From Podarcis cretensis (Eukaryota): DNA of 64,000 nucleotides. Under the pieces are notes generated by a model. It did not search any database. It was not told where the DNA came from and saw nothing but the letters and a program-made list of their open reading frames with translations. The first letter of the stretch is position 1; each line of letters starts with the position of its first letter. The stretch is taken from assembly GCA_951804945.1 (NCBI GenBank), contig OX638159.1:6200001-6264000 (forward strand), in the 5' to 3' direction. The position numbers and the translations under genes are program-made. Below, piece by piece: positions 51,529 through 62,950 of the stretch.

Positions 51529-52817
51529 ACTACCACTACTACTACTAAAAATAAGTCTCTAACCCTCGTAGAAAGCAGGTTATGGGGCAAAATGTGCAGG
51601 TACCGTCTAAGTGATTTCTGTGAAAGGAGAGTGGTATAGCTGCATTGTATACTTTTCCTGGAACTGAGGGACGTTCTCTGTTATTATCAGACGGCAACAG
51701 AATCAGTGTGCATGTAAGTGAGAAATCAGCTGACACACAGCTGACTTACCATGGTAAACCTAAGGTTGCTGGGGGAATAACAGTCTCTCTAATTTTGTGT
51801 TATACCATGCTCCACATGGGAGCCATTTCGTGTTATGCCACACCCTCTCTATGGTAGCAATTTTGTTGGTTCCTGCCTTCAGCACACTCTCAAAATTCAA
51901 AATGCATCCATTAGTCCAAAAGAGTTGGCATTCCCTGGTTTATGAAGTCCACTTGTTTCAACCAAGCACAATCAAGACTAACCACAGTTTAAGGTTTGGA
52001 TGATAGCTGAGGAAGCAGAATCTTTCCATCTCTGTGTCATGGCTGTGATGGAGGAGACCAGGAAGGAGCTCTTGAGCCAAAGATTTGCACACTCTCACAA
52101 AAACTAAGCTACAGTTTAATGCTGCACCTGAACGTAGCCACAATTTCACACAAATCTCACCACATGATGAAATGGATCCACATACTGAGGAATTTGGAAT
52201 ACTAGGGTCTCAAGACAATACGTGATGGGTGTGTGCTTCTATGATATATCACTTCCATTACAGAACAGTCTACAAGGAGGAGGACCCTCTATTTCAGGGA
52301 TGGAGAAGCTGTTGCCTTCCATGTATTTGTTGGACTACAACTCCCATCATCTCTGATGGCTGGAGCTAATGGGAGCTGAACAACTTCTGGAGAGCTACAG
52401 GTTTCCCATCTTTGCTCTGTTTCAATGATACAAAAACAGAAACAGAAAAATAAAATCCTTTATGCAACAAAATGAATGTCAGATACTCACTAAGTGTATA
52501 TATCTTCTTCCCCAAGAGAATAATCAAGTGCTCAGCAAACCAATGAAACAATTTTATGGTTTCAAGCTACCTTTTAATGGAGCAAGGCAATGAAGGCTGC
52601 TTTCAAAAACTAGACAGCATGCATAAATAGGACAGATACACCCTTCACTTTTTTAAATAAGGGGGAAAGTAGTTTCAGCTGCTCCTGCCATGAGCCACAC
52701 AGCAGAGCAGTAAAGTCTCTGGTGCTGTTATATCCCAGGAGCTTGACAATGCCAAATGTTGCATAGAGGTTTCTCTCGGTGAGCCCTGTCCCCACCCAGT
52801 TCAGTTTGCAAGCATAC

Positions 52818-53008
52818 CATAGGGGATCGCCCATAGGCAACCACAGCGGCTGCGGCTGCAGCAGCACTCATTTGCGGGGACATGTTGTGTAGGCTGGCAT
52901 AGGCTGCTCCTGGGCTGGTCAGCTCTCCATTCATGCCAGCATGTGGTACCATTCCAAACGGAGCAGGGTACGGTCCGGGAACAGCAAGAGGTGTCCTCAA
53001 GCCAGCAG
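52818..53008 (-). CDS. TLE1: TLE1 exon 13 (191 nt; SP domain, poly-Ala)
   Basis: ctgcag|CTGCTGGC...CCTATG|gtatgc; [63 protein letters not shown]. Confidence 0.95.
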
Positions 53009-54031
53009 CTGCAGTACAATAAGAAGACATATTGATGCTCAGGACAGTTTCCTTTGTCGTCCCTCTTCACAGAAAGCAACAAGCACCCTGGAATTCCACA
53101 TGGGTGCTTCTTCCAGAAAACCCAAACTATTGTGTCCACAGCGCTAGCTATAATCCAAACTGTGCTTAACATCATCTCCAAATTGCAGCTGTGCAGACCA
53201 GAATCTGCATATTTATGGATTCCAGAAACATGGGAGCCGAGGGGGCTGTAGCCCTCACCCCAAGGTTGGCCAGGGTAGTGGTGCCTAAGCCGTGTCCCCA
53301 GCAATGATCGGGGGGCAGAGGAGATGGCTGCTATAGTAAAAGGGGACTGACAGGTAGAAGTGAGGGGAGGGTACAGCCTCCTTCTTCTCTGAAGCAAATA
53401 ATATGCTTTAGAGTGTTCCATAGTTGAATTCCTTTAAGTGCTCTATAATTTTAACTTTGATCAATTACTAGTTCTCAAAAAAAAAAATTATTATAGAACT
53501 GTGCATACGATTGTGATAAACCCATTTCAACAATACTGAATGTGATAGCTTTTAACATTTGCCCATTAAAGAAGCAGATGTAAAGAAGCACATGAAAATG
53601 TAGATAATATTCATCACATCCTGACTGCCTGCAGCACTCTCTCTCACACTCCCCACACCCCATGAGAAACACTTCCAGAGGTCGCTGGGCATATTTCTTT
53701 CGAGACTGGGCATAATTTATAACATTTGGTGCTGCAACCGACTGCAGTTAGCACGCAGATGCACATGGCGCCGTTCTGTGTTTGTCATTATGCGCACTTC
53801 AACAAACATTAGCTGTCTCAGTCTCAGATATGGGATAATAGTTTCAGAAAGGAACTAGCACTTGGAATAATGATCAGAAATTCAAATTATGTTAGTATTT
53901 CAGAAGGCAGCAGCATGCAAACACATCAGAAACAGAGAGAGACAGACACAAGCTAGGGGAGCTATTAATGATTTTTGATAATGATTATAAGTATTCATGA
54001 AGGAAACAACATCAAAAGAGGTTTGTGTTAC

Positions 54032-54176
54032 CTGCTTGGTTGACCAGAGGGTCCATTGATGGAGGTTTGCCAAGGCCTGGACGAAGGCCTGGAGTGGCAC
54101 TGGTTCCTGGGGTTGGCACATCACTTCGTGGGGTTGGTGTGCTGGACTTCAGAACCGGTGTGCTGCCCTTTTCATG
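54032..54176 (-). CDS. TLE1: TLE1 exon 12 (145 nt; SP domain)
   Basis: taccag|CATGAA...GCAG|gtaaca; [48 protein letters not shown]. Confidence 0.95.
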
Positions 54177-55154
54177 CTGGTATCAAGAAACATTGCTTTT
54201 TATCCAGGCCATGTTACACAATTGATCACAACAGCAACTGAGATGCTGAGTGCTAACTGCCTAATTCTCTAGATTTATTTTCCTAAATTCCAAGGAACAT
54301 TAGCAGCATTTGTGCTGTATGTGAAAACGAGAGCTTTTAAATTAGGATTTAAACACCAGAGAGAGAGAAGACCAATTTAAATCATTGATATAAATCAAGA
54401 TTCCAATTTGAAAATTCACATTACCTGTATAGCATACTAACTGGTTGCCATAACAATAAAAATGTAATGGTTTGCAACTAAATAGAGGTTGGGGCCGAAA
54501 AGTGATATATAAATAAAACATAAGAGATATAAATAAAACATAACATAACATTTAGAAAATCTAGGAGAATAGTCACAAAAGAATCTAAAAAGAAATCAAT
54601 GCTGCTTTGTCTGGTCGGGAGTCAAAATATTCATACATTTGGTTAACTGATCAGTTCAAATAACTGAAGGGTATTAAATTAGTTTACAACATCACCCATG
54701 TACAGAAGGGTCAGTGGATGATGCTAATGACAGAAGATCGCACTGCTTAGATCCTAATGCCTAAAATGTGTCTAAATATTGAATACTTTCTCAGATTAAT
54801 CCAAAGGTCCTAGAGACAAATGTGTGTTTGACAATCTGTTGAGAGCTGCAGCCTAGAAAACTTAACTGTTTTGACTTTCAACAAATTAATTTGACAGAAT
54901 TGCAATCCATATCTCAGTGAACTGAAAGGGCAAAATTCTCACTGATCTTGAGAGAGCTGGATTTAAACAAGTGTTTGATTAGAAGGCATTTCATTTATTA
55001 GTTGCACAACCACCTTATGGTTTCTTAGGCGGTGGATCATTCCTCCAATCTAACACCACCCCCTGACATGTACCATTTACACATGAAGTTGAAATAGATA
55101 ATTATTAAGCATCCAAATATACAACAGTGGTCAGGCCAGAGGGGTAACACTCAC

Positions 55155-55307
55155 CAAACCAATTTCTTTGGATTTCATGGAAGTAGAACTTCCGGATGAG
55201 GCAGTGGATGCTGGGCTGCTAGAGGCATCTTTCTTCAAGAGGCGGTTCTTGTCTATGCCGTTCTCACGTGGTGAATGAGCAGGACTTGCCCGTGGAGATG
55301 AAGGGTC
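55155..55307 (-). CDS. TLE1: TLE1 exon 11 (153 nt)
   Basis: acccag|GACCCT...GGTTTG|gtgagt; [51 protein letters not shown]. Confidence 0.95.
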
Positions 55308-55344
55308 CTGGGTGGTTTGCAGGCAAGACAAAGGCAATAGCAAG

Positions 55345-56020
55345 CACTGAATTAAAAAGTTCCTGATCCAGGGCTGCCTTCAGATGGCTTCTAAAAGCTG
55401 TATAGTTATTTAGCTCCTTGACATCTGATGGGAGGGTGTTCTACAAAGAGGACACCCCTACCGAGTAGGCCCTCTGTCTAATACCCTGTAGCTTCAAGAA
55501 GGACACTGACAAACTGGAACGTGTCCAGAGGAGGGCAACCAAAATGGTCAAAGGCCTGGAAACGATGCCTTATGAGGAACGGTTAAGGGAGCTGGGCATG
55601 TTTAGCCTGGAGAAGAGGAGGTTAAGGGGTGATATGATAGCCATGTTCAAATATATAAAAGGATGTCCCATAGAGGAGGGAGAAAGGTTGTTTTCTGCTG
55701 CTCCAGAGAAGCGGACACGGAGCAATGGTTCCGAACTACAAGAAAAAAGATTCCACCTAAACATTAGGAAGAACTTCCTGACAGTAAGAGCTGTTTGACA
55801 GTGGAATTTGCTGCCAAGGAGTGTGGTGGAGTCTCCTTCTTTGGAGGTCTTTAAGCAGAGGCTTGACAACCATATGTCAGGAGTGCTCTGATGGTGTTTC
55901 CTGCTTGGCAGGGGGTTGGACTTGATGGCCCTTGTGGTCTCTTCCAACTCTATGATTCTATGATTCTATGATTCTATGATTCACTTCTCGCAGTGAAGGA
56001 ACCGCCAGAAGGCCTTCAGA
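55345..56020 (-). mobile_element. L2 3' fragment split by a CR1 insertion
   Basis: 55345-55492 and 55980-56020 rejoin to the reverse complement of the L2 at 3500-3680. Confidence 0.75.
55493..55982 (+). mobile_element. CR1 LINE 3' fragment, relatively young
   Basis: KLERVQRRATKMVKGLE..YEERLRELGMFSLEKRRLRGDMIAMFKY; canonical (ATTCTATG)n octamer tail. Confidence 0.93.
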
Positions 56021-56268
56021 TTAAGAACTCCAAACCATCCATGACTTGTGGTGAAAGTATTCTGGCCTCTGCATGGAAAATCACTACTATTGTGCCTCAC
56101 TCCCCTGTGCCTATCCAAGAGACCAGTGACCACAGGGAGGACTACTGTAGCTCAGATAGTCAACCAGAGATAAGCAAAAGCAATCCACAACTTTCAGAAA
56201 CATGGTGCAGTGCCTTGGGGAAAAAACCCCACTTCCAATTATATACATTCCAGTGCAAAGGAACTTAC

Positions 56269-56322
56269 CTCATTGGACACATCCACGACTAAGTTGTCGT
56301 CGCTTTTGTCCCCATCACTGTC
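56269..56322 (-). CDS. TLE1: TLE1 exon 10 (54 nt; acidic CK2-site region)
   Basis: atttag|GACAGT...AATGAG|gtaagt; DSDGDKSDDNLVVDVSNE. Confidence 0.95.
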
Positions 56323-56488
56323 CTAAATTTGAAAACAAAGTATTTGTTTTTGGTGAGTACACTTTACTACAGTATGTCTATTCACTTTAGCTGTAAAGGC
56401 CAAACATAAATACTGATCGAATACATTGTAAGCCCATGGCTTAAAAAATACAAATAGAGATATAGAGATATAAATAGATATAGAGAGA

Positions 56489-56635
56489 GAGTGGTTTTTT
56501 CCACACACAAAATGTTTAGGGGTACTCTCATTTTCCTACTCATATTGAAATACTGTCCCTCAGTGAGGCCAAACTTAGATTCACAAAATGTTTAGGGGTA
56601 TGCGTACCCCTGCATCCCCCCAGAAAAAAGCACTG
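56489..56635. mobile_element. MITE-like repeat
   Basis: gagtggtttttt / aaaaaagcactg ends; internal direct repeat cacaaaatgtttaggggta x2. Confidence 0.6.
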
Positions 56636-56786
56636 GATACAGAGAGAAAGAAGTGCATCTAGCATCTTCATTGTAGTTTCTGCTCTTCGCTGAGGGTGCC
56701 CCTCTTTAGCCAGCTTCTATTGTTCTGCTAATTTCTGTCCTTGGTGGTGCTGCTACTGGGGCTGCCTGGTTGGCACTGACCCATGA

Positions 56787-57143
56787 CTTCAGCAGGTGGG
56801 GCTTTTCACAAATGGGGAACCACCAAGAGAAGGCTCTGTCATGGGTAGAGATGGGAAGGCCTGGGGGAAAAAACAGAAAAAGGGGGACGGGCACCAGGTT
56901 TTTTCCATTTTCCCCCAAAGCCTTTCCCCCCGGAAAATTTGGAAAAAATTATGTGTGGAATATTCAAACTATATCAAACTGCTTTTTTCAATTTTTCCAG
57001 AAAAAATGGCTTTTGGGAAAGAAGGGGGGGACATGGTTCCCTCCCCCAATTTTTCTGGTTTTTTCCAGGCCATCCCATCTCTACCCATGACAGAGCCTTC
57101 ACATTGGTGGTTCCCCATTTGTGAAAAGCCCCGCCTGATGAAG
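56787..57143. repeat. long inverted repeat / fold-back element (TLE1 intron 9)
   Basis: ~160-nt arms, outer ~78 nt almost perfectly complementary, ~30-nt spacer. Confidence 0.9.
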
Positions 57144-57991
57144 ATTATCTGTCTTCCACCTTATTTTTAAAATGTATTTATTTGATTTTGGTAAAGATAC
57201 AAACAGTAGGCTTAAATGTAATGCATCATTTTTAAAGAAAGTACAATAAATCAATATCGCTGATGTGTGGACATGGTCATTGTAATAAGGTAATACAAAG
57301 AAATATATAGAAAGCAATACAGTTAGCCAAGATCTGTTAATGTTAACCATAAGTTAATATGCATTTGAAAAGATATAAAATTGTTTTCTTTATTGCATGC
57401 AATTTTTTAAAAGGTAGCATATATCACCAAAGTTGTCTGTTTCATTTCCTTTTCCAAATGCTTTCATCTTGTATGTTAACTTTTCCACTGGGGCACTGGA
57501 CCACATTTCTTGATACCATACAGTGTCTCTCTCATTACTGACTTCCAAGAGAAATTTAAAAATATTCCTGTTTACCCAAGCACTTGATGACCATATGTTA
57601 CTATTCCTGGCAACCTTGAAATCATTGGCTGATAAATGTGTTTTTTAAAACATTTTCAAATAATGTATTAATCTGTTGTTATAATATTTTATGATATCAA
57701 TGTTTGTTGTTATTGGCTTCTTTGGGAAGATTATAAACTGAATTACTATTAGTAATCATTATTGTTCTGGGATGCTTTTATGTGGAATGATTTCACTTCT
57801 TTTCATAACTGTATAAACTGTTTTATTTGTTTTTAGTTGTATGAGTACATGATTGCAACCTTTCCTCGGACCTTATGGTGAATGACAGGTAAGAAATGAA
57901 TGGATGGATGGATGGATGAATCATAACCAGATAAAGAGAGAACATCAATTTCTGTACAAAAATAAAAACATACCTGACAAATGTGCTAGAT

Positions 57992-58122
57992 CAGGGGTGG
58001 CCAACTCCCAAGAGACTGTGATCTACTCACAGAGTTAAAAACTGGCAGTGATCTACCCCCTTTGGGGCGGTTCAGGTTAGTGATCTACCGGTAGTTCACA
58101 ATCTACCTGTTGGATGTGCCTG
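57992..58122. mobile_element. hAT-type MITE
   Basis: caggggtggccaac ... gttggatgtgcctg; perfect 8-bp TSD tgctagat; internal gatctac repeats. Confidence 0.85.
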
Positions 58123-58706
58123 TGCTAGATAATCTGATATACAAGGTGGCACCTAATCCCCACTCTCCCATGAGTCTCTTGCGTTTGCTCTTCACCTGTA
58201 GGTTATACCATTCTACTCTGTTTCTACTCTGGGAATCTCTCAAATGGTCTCCCATCCACAGAGCACACACTGCCAGACAGGCTTAGGTTTGGCAGCAGAA
58301 CTACACTTCAGGCCTTATCTGGGCTAAAGATATCCTCTTGTTAGTATGGTTATCAAGGATCACAGAAGCAAGGTCATTCATTAACAAGAAAAAGCCCAGT
58401 TCAGACATAATGGCAGCCTTAATGACAGCACTCTTGGAATGATGAGAGCTGCAGGTATCCTGGCAACCTGACAGAATTCAGAGAAAAGGTGCTGAGAGAG
58501 CCAGAAGGTGGTGAGGAAAGGAAGGGAAAGAACCACAATTCATAACTAATAAGATCAAAGTCTTGACATCCCTTTATGTGAAGCAAAAGTTAGGCTGCCA
58601 GTGTTCGCTCCTTCACATACATGACCATATGAAGCCCAGCTATGAGTTCCTCCATACATGCACAGAATCTGAACCTAAGTTAATCATCGTTGACAGATTT
58701 ACTTAC

Positions 58707-58823
58707 ATAGTGGCTCGAGTCCTTATCATCCACCTTTCTTTTTTTCATGTCATTGGAATAGTCAGGTCCATTCCTTCGTTTATCTGTGCTCCGCAGGCTA
58801 TCCGGAACCAAGAGTGAGTTACT
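58707..58823 (-). CDS. TLE1: TLE1 exon 9 (117 nt; CcN domain with KKRK NLS)
   Basis: tttacag|AGTAAC...CACTAT|gtaagt; SNSLLVPDSLRSTDKRRNGPDYSNDMKKRKVDDKDSSHY; not in ORF track, found by manual translation. Confidence 0.95.
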
Positions 58824-61800
58824 CTGTAAAGACAAACACAAGGTCATAGACATTTACCTTAAAGATTTCCTTGCACACATTTCCTAAGCTTGAAATAGGC
58901 ACATGATACCCTTGCATTCATTTCCAGATAGCATTTTACTATTCAAGTACATTAATTGCATTTCCAGATAGTACTTTACAAACATAAAAACCTTAAAAGC
59001 AGATTCAGATACCCACAAAGCAGCTGTTTTAGGAAATAGGTTTGTGCAAGTCACCTGAATCAAAGAGCTTGTTATTATATATAGTCTTATTCGAATGCTT
59101 TTTATGGGGAGAAATTCAGGGGCTATTTACTCATGAAAAATATTTCAGCCAAGCATAAAGCATTTGTGCTTCTGAAAAGGAGTTTGTCTTAATCTCCTCT
59201 TAATTTACAGTCTGCCTTAAAATTTGCATTGCTAATAGTTAATATACTACTCCTCCTTTAAGTGAAAGCCTGTGGAAAGGAGCAGACAGCAGGAGTGCCA
59301 GCTCTATTTAGATCTCAGCTGAACAGTTAAGAATGGCTCCAGTTTGAGGGTCACCAACCTTTTTGGTGAACATTTGGAAACTGAAGAAAACCACAGGCAT
59401 CAGGCACACGACATCAAAATATATTTTGTTGTCTACAACAGAGTGCTTCTTTCAAGCCTATTTTGGGCAGGGCAGGTGGAAGAGGAATTTGTAGATACCT
59501 GTGGCTGCCATGTTGTTCTAGATAAATAGAAATTTGATATGCCTGCATCTCTCTGTACTCAACAAAAAGATTTATGTAAGAAACTGGTATAACAAAGGTG
59601 GGGAACATGTGAACCTCCAGAGGACCTTCAGCTCCCAACACAGTTAGCTAGTATGGCCAATAGTCAAGGATGCTACGAGATGTAGTCCACCAGGATCTGG
59701 TGGTCCACAGGAGGCGTGGTTATTATTAAATTTGTGTACCACCCTTCATCTGAAGACCACAGGGCAGTTCACAACAGGTTCCCACCTTTCAACTATCAAG
59801 CCATACAAGAATATAATATGTCCTTCAGATTCACGAATCTTTCCTGTTTTATACTTTACTCCTATATCGCTTTGTTTTAAATATGCTGTACACCAATCAG
59901 GAATGTTTTGTATTTGCAGCTTATAAATTATTGTAAGTAAATAAGCAAATGTAAGCTTTAATCTGCTTGTGTGTCATCCTACTCAGAGCAGACACAGAGA
60001 AATTAATGGACTTGAGTCCAATTATTTCAGTGAGTCTGCTCGGAGTATAACTAATGTTGGATATCACCCATAAGAATCATAAACTGAAGAAACACAAAGC
60101 AGTACGAAGCGAAATGACCTTACTGCCTAACTGATAAAACACACAAATGGTTGGTCTCAGCCAATTTACTGCTTAGCACTTCTTTAAAATAACAATAACA
60201 AAAAACAAAACAAAAAACCCACTTCCAACATAAAACTCAGAATGTGAAAGGAAGGCCAAAATGCAAGAGCAAGAACTAATTGTTTCCACAATCTACAGGC
60301 TACTTTCTTTTAGATAATGCTAAGTACAAACTGTTGACCCAAAGGGGAAGAGAGGCATTTGAGATATTTCTGGGTCACATGATAATTTGACATGCCTCCA
60401 ATTCTCATCTTCCCTCCAGCAAAAGCATTAAACATGTCACAATGGGTTCTTTTAAGTTCAGGATTAGCATATGCAAGAAGGGCAATTTGTTCAATGGTGT
60501 GTTAATGCCATGAACAATGCTGAATGAATGGTTGGTGGAGGGGGGAGAGAAGAGGGCTCTTTTCACAAAGACCTGACAAGCCTCATTTCTGAAAGTCATC
60601 TTTACAAGGAAGCATAATGCTAACATACTTTAACAAAAGGTATACAAAAAAAAAATTCTACCCGCACCACTACTTCAAAGAAAACTGTTATTCACATATT
60701 AATAATTACACCTGAAAGCAAAAAAAGGTAATATTACTAAGCGCTTCTCTCCCCCCCACCAACCCCCCCTGAAGACAACCACCCTAGGAGCTTTGTAGTC
60801 CTCATACACCAATTCTTAACAGCAAGGAGAAAAGAAAACAAGACAAACAAGGGCACCTAAAGCAATCTGAACTTTCTTCAGCACTCCAAGAATCACACTT
60901 TAAAAGCAAGCTTCAACCCCTTTTATTTCTGACTATTCAAGCTCAACACACACTAAGGATCTTACACAAAGCATATGGGAGGGTCTAATGAAATCAAGTA
61001 AAAAGCAGCTCACAGTCATGTCTTTACCGCAGTGTTCTGTGGCTGAAAAGGCAGGTTTGTAGGATCACTGAACTCATTAGCTTGAAATATACAAGGTTGG
61101 GTTTTTGTTTTCTACCCCCTGGGTGACTCAAGGAAACTAGGAAGGCTCAATGGAGAAACTGGGAGCAAATATTAAGTTCCCGTTTTGAAAGATCTTTTAA
61201 TACCAAAACACAAACATCCACACATATACTTTACAGAACGTTGCTAGCAGACAGGTATGTTTGTTTGTGTATAAGAGAGAGAGAGAGAGAGGATATAAGA
61301 CCCACCAAGTGTGTAGAGATCCATATTTCATGAATATTCACTGTCCCAAGACAGCATCTCAATATATTCCACCCAGCCTTCACCATTACAACTTAGTTCC
61401 AGCCCCCCCTAAAATTTCCTTCTCTGTTAAAATATCAATTCTTATTTGCAGGTGCTTATGCTTTGAACATCTTCCCCAAAATGTTTTTTTGTGCTGCCAC
61501 CACTGGTTTCTTTAAACCTCAGATCTTTTCCCAAGTTTTCCATGAAGCATGTGGTTGAAATGGGCATTCTTATCACAAAGACTTGAAACCAATACCAAGT
61601 ATGTTGAGGTGCATTTGTCCACCTCTGCCCTGGCTAAAACTGGAAATAAGTGGTCCCTTCTTTGGGGCCAATGTGTAAACTACCACCCTAAGCCCAAGAG
61701 ATGACACTAAATTCATGTTGTGCCTAGAAAGCCAAGATCCCGCTGTTATTGGGAGTCATTTGTGATGACCTCAGAGGCATGTGGAGTGTTGAAAGAGTCT

Positions 61801-62825
61801 ACACTGGGAAGGGTCCTGGGGGCACATGAGGGGCCCAAAATCCTCTTGGGAGGCCTGCGCCATTGGAGACATTTGCAAGCATCTGGTGGATGGAAAACCC
61901 TTGACAGACCTCCTAATCTAGCAAAACATCTTGCATTATAAAAGAATGAAGCAGCTCACCATTATCACAGGACAATAGAGCTGAAAGGGGACAAAGGGGA
62001 CAACCCCCTGCTATGCAGGAATTACAACATTCATGCCAGAATTTTGCCTTGGGAAATATGGAATTTTCAGAATTTCAGAACTTTCCAGAGAAAAAGGCTG
62101 TACTTCATTGGGAAGTTTTATATTGGCAGGGCCTCAGGCTCAAGATTAGATTGAAGCTCCAATGACAGTGCTAACCATACTGAGCTAGATGGATCACTGG
62201 TATGACTCAGTCTAAGGCAGATTCCTATTTACATTACAACAGGACCCCAATGACTTCTCCACTGATACAGCTCTGATTTTTTCACTGCTTCACAGAAAAC
62301 AAACGCTCTCAAAATGGCTGGCACTTTCTATTGATCTACAGTGCTTACCTTATGAAATTTTGCAAAGCACATTAATTTTTAATATCATGCACTGCAATTT
62401 ATAATACTAAGTATGGTTTGAAATCAATTTGGCATTGGTTACAAGACCATTCTCATAATCAGCATTTGCACCAGCACTATCTGTTGTAATGTTATCATAG
62501 CAATGCTTCTATAATTCCATAAGTAGTACAATACTGTGATTGAAAAAGCGGGGGGAAGAGACCGGAAGGTTCTCTGCAAATCAAGTGTTATAGAAATGTA
62601 CTGACAGGTGTGACCAAGAATAAAGCTTTTTCTGAGGTGCTGCTCCACGTATGGAATATTCTGCCTAGAACTATTTGCTTGCCACCTGTTTCACAGACTG
62701 ATGCCAAGTGTTTTATTTTCCCTGAGTATTTGATTTGCACTTGTATTGTCACTGCTTCCCTTTTATTTCTGCATTTTACACTTTATGTTGGGAGTGTGTA
62801 TTGAGATTTCTAATGTTTAGTGAGG

Positions 62826-62950
62826 AAGGGCCATAGCTCAGTGGCAGAACAGATGCTTTGCATGCAGAAGGTCCCAGTTGAATTCCCCAGCATCTCCAGA
62901 TAGATAGACTCAGAGAGAACCATTGAGATTTGCCGCCATCAGTGCAGACA
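62826..62950 (+). mobile_element. old tRNA(Ala)-derived SINE head (Squam3-like)
   Basis: gggccatagctcagtggcagaacagatgctttgcatgcagaaggtcccagttgaattccccagcatctcca. Confidence 0.7.

Noticed and set aside
52801-53421. 206-aa minus-strand ORF overlapping TLE1 exon 13
   Set aside because: Alternative frame over exon 13 plus intron; no recognisable domain; the true exon is defined by splice sites in another frame
57130-57165. CTGATGA hammerhead-ribozyme core at the end of the fold-back element
   Set aside because: No GAAA after a stem II and no compatible stem I/III with cleavage triplet could be built by eye
58850-58862. Donor-like AAG|GTAAAT upstream of exon 9
   Set aside because: Only ~34 nt from the exon 9 acceptor, too short for a vertebrate intron
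62826-62900. tRNA-Ala-like sequence (and tRNA-Lys-like at 5197-5260)
   Set aside because: Degenerate cloverleaf and B-box followed by SINE body or tail; SINE heads, not tRNA genes
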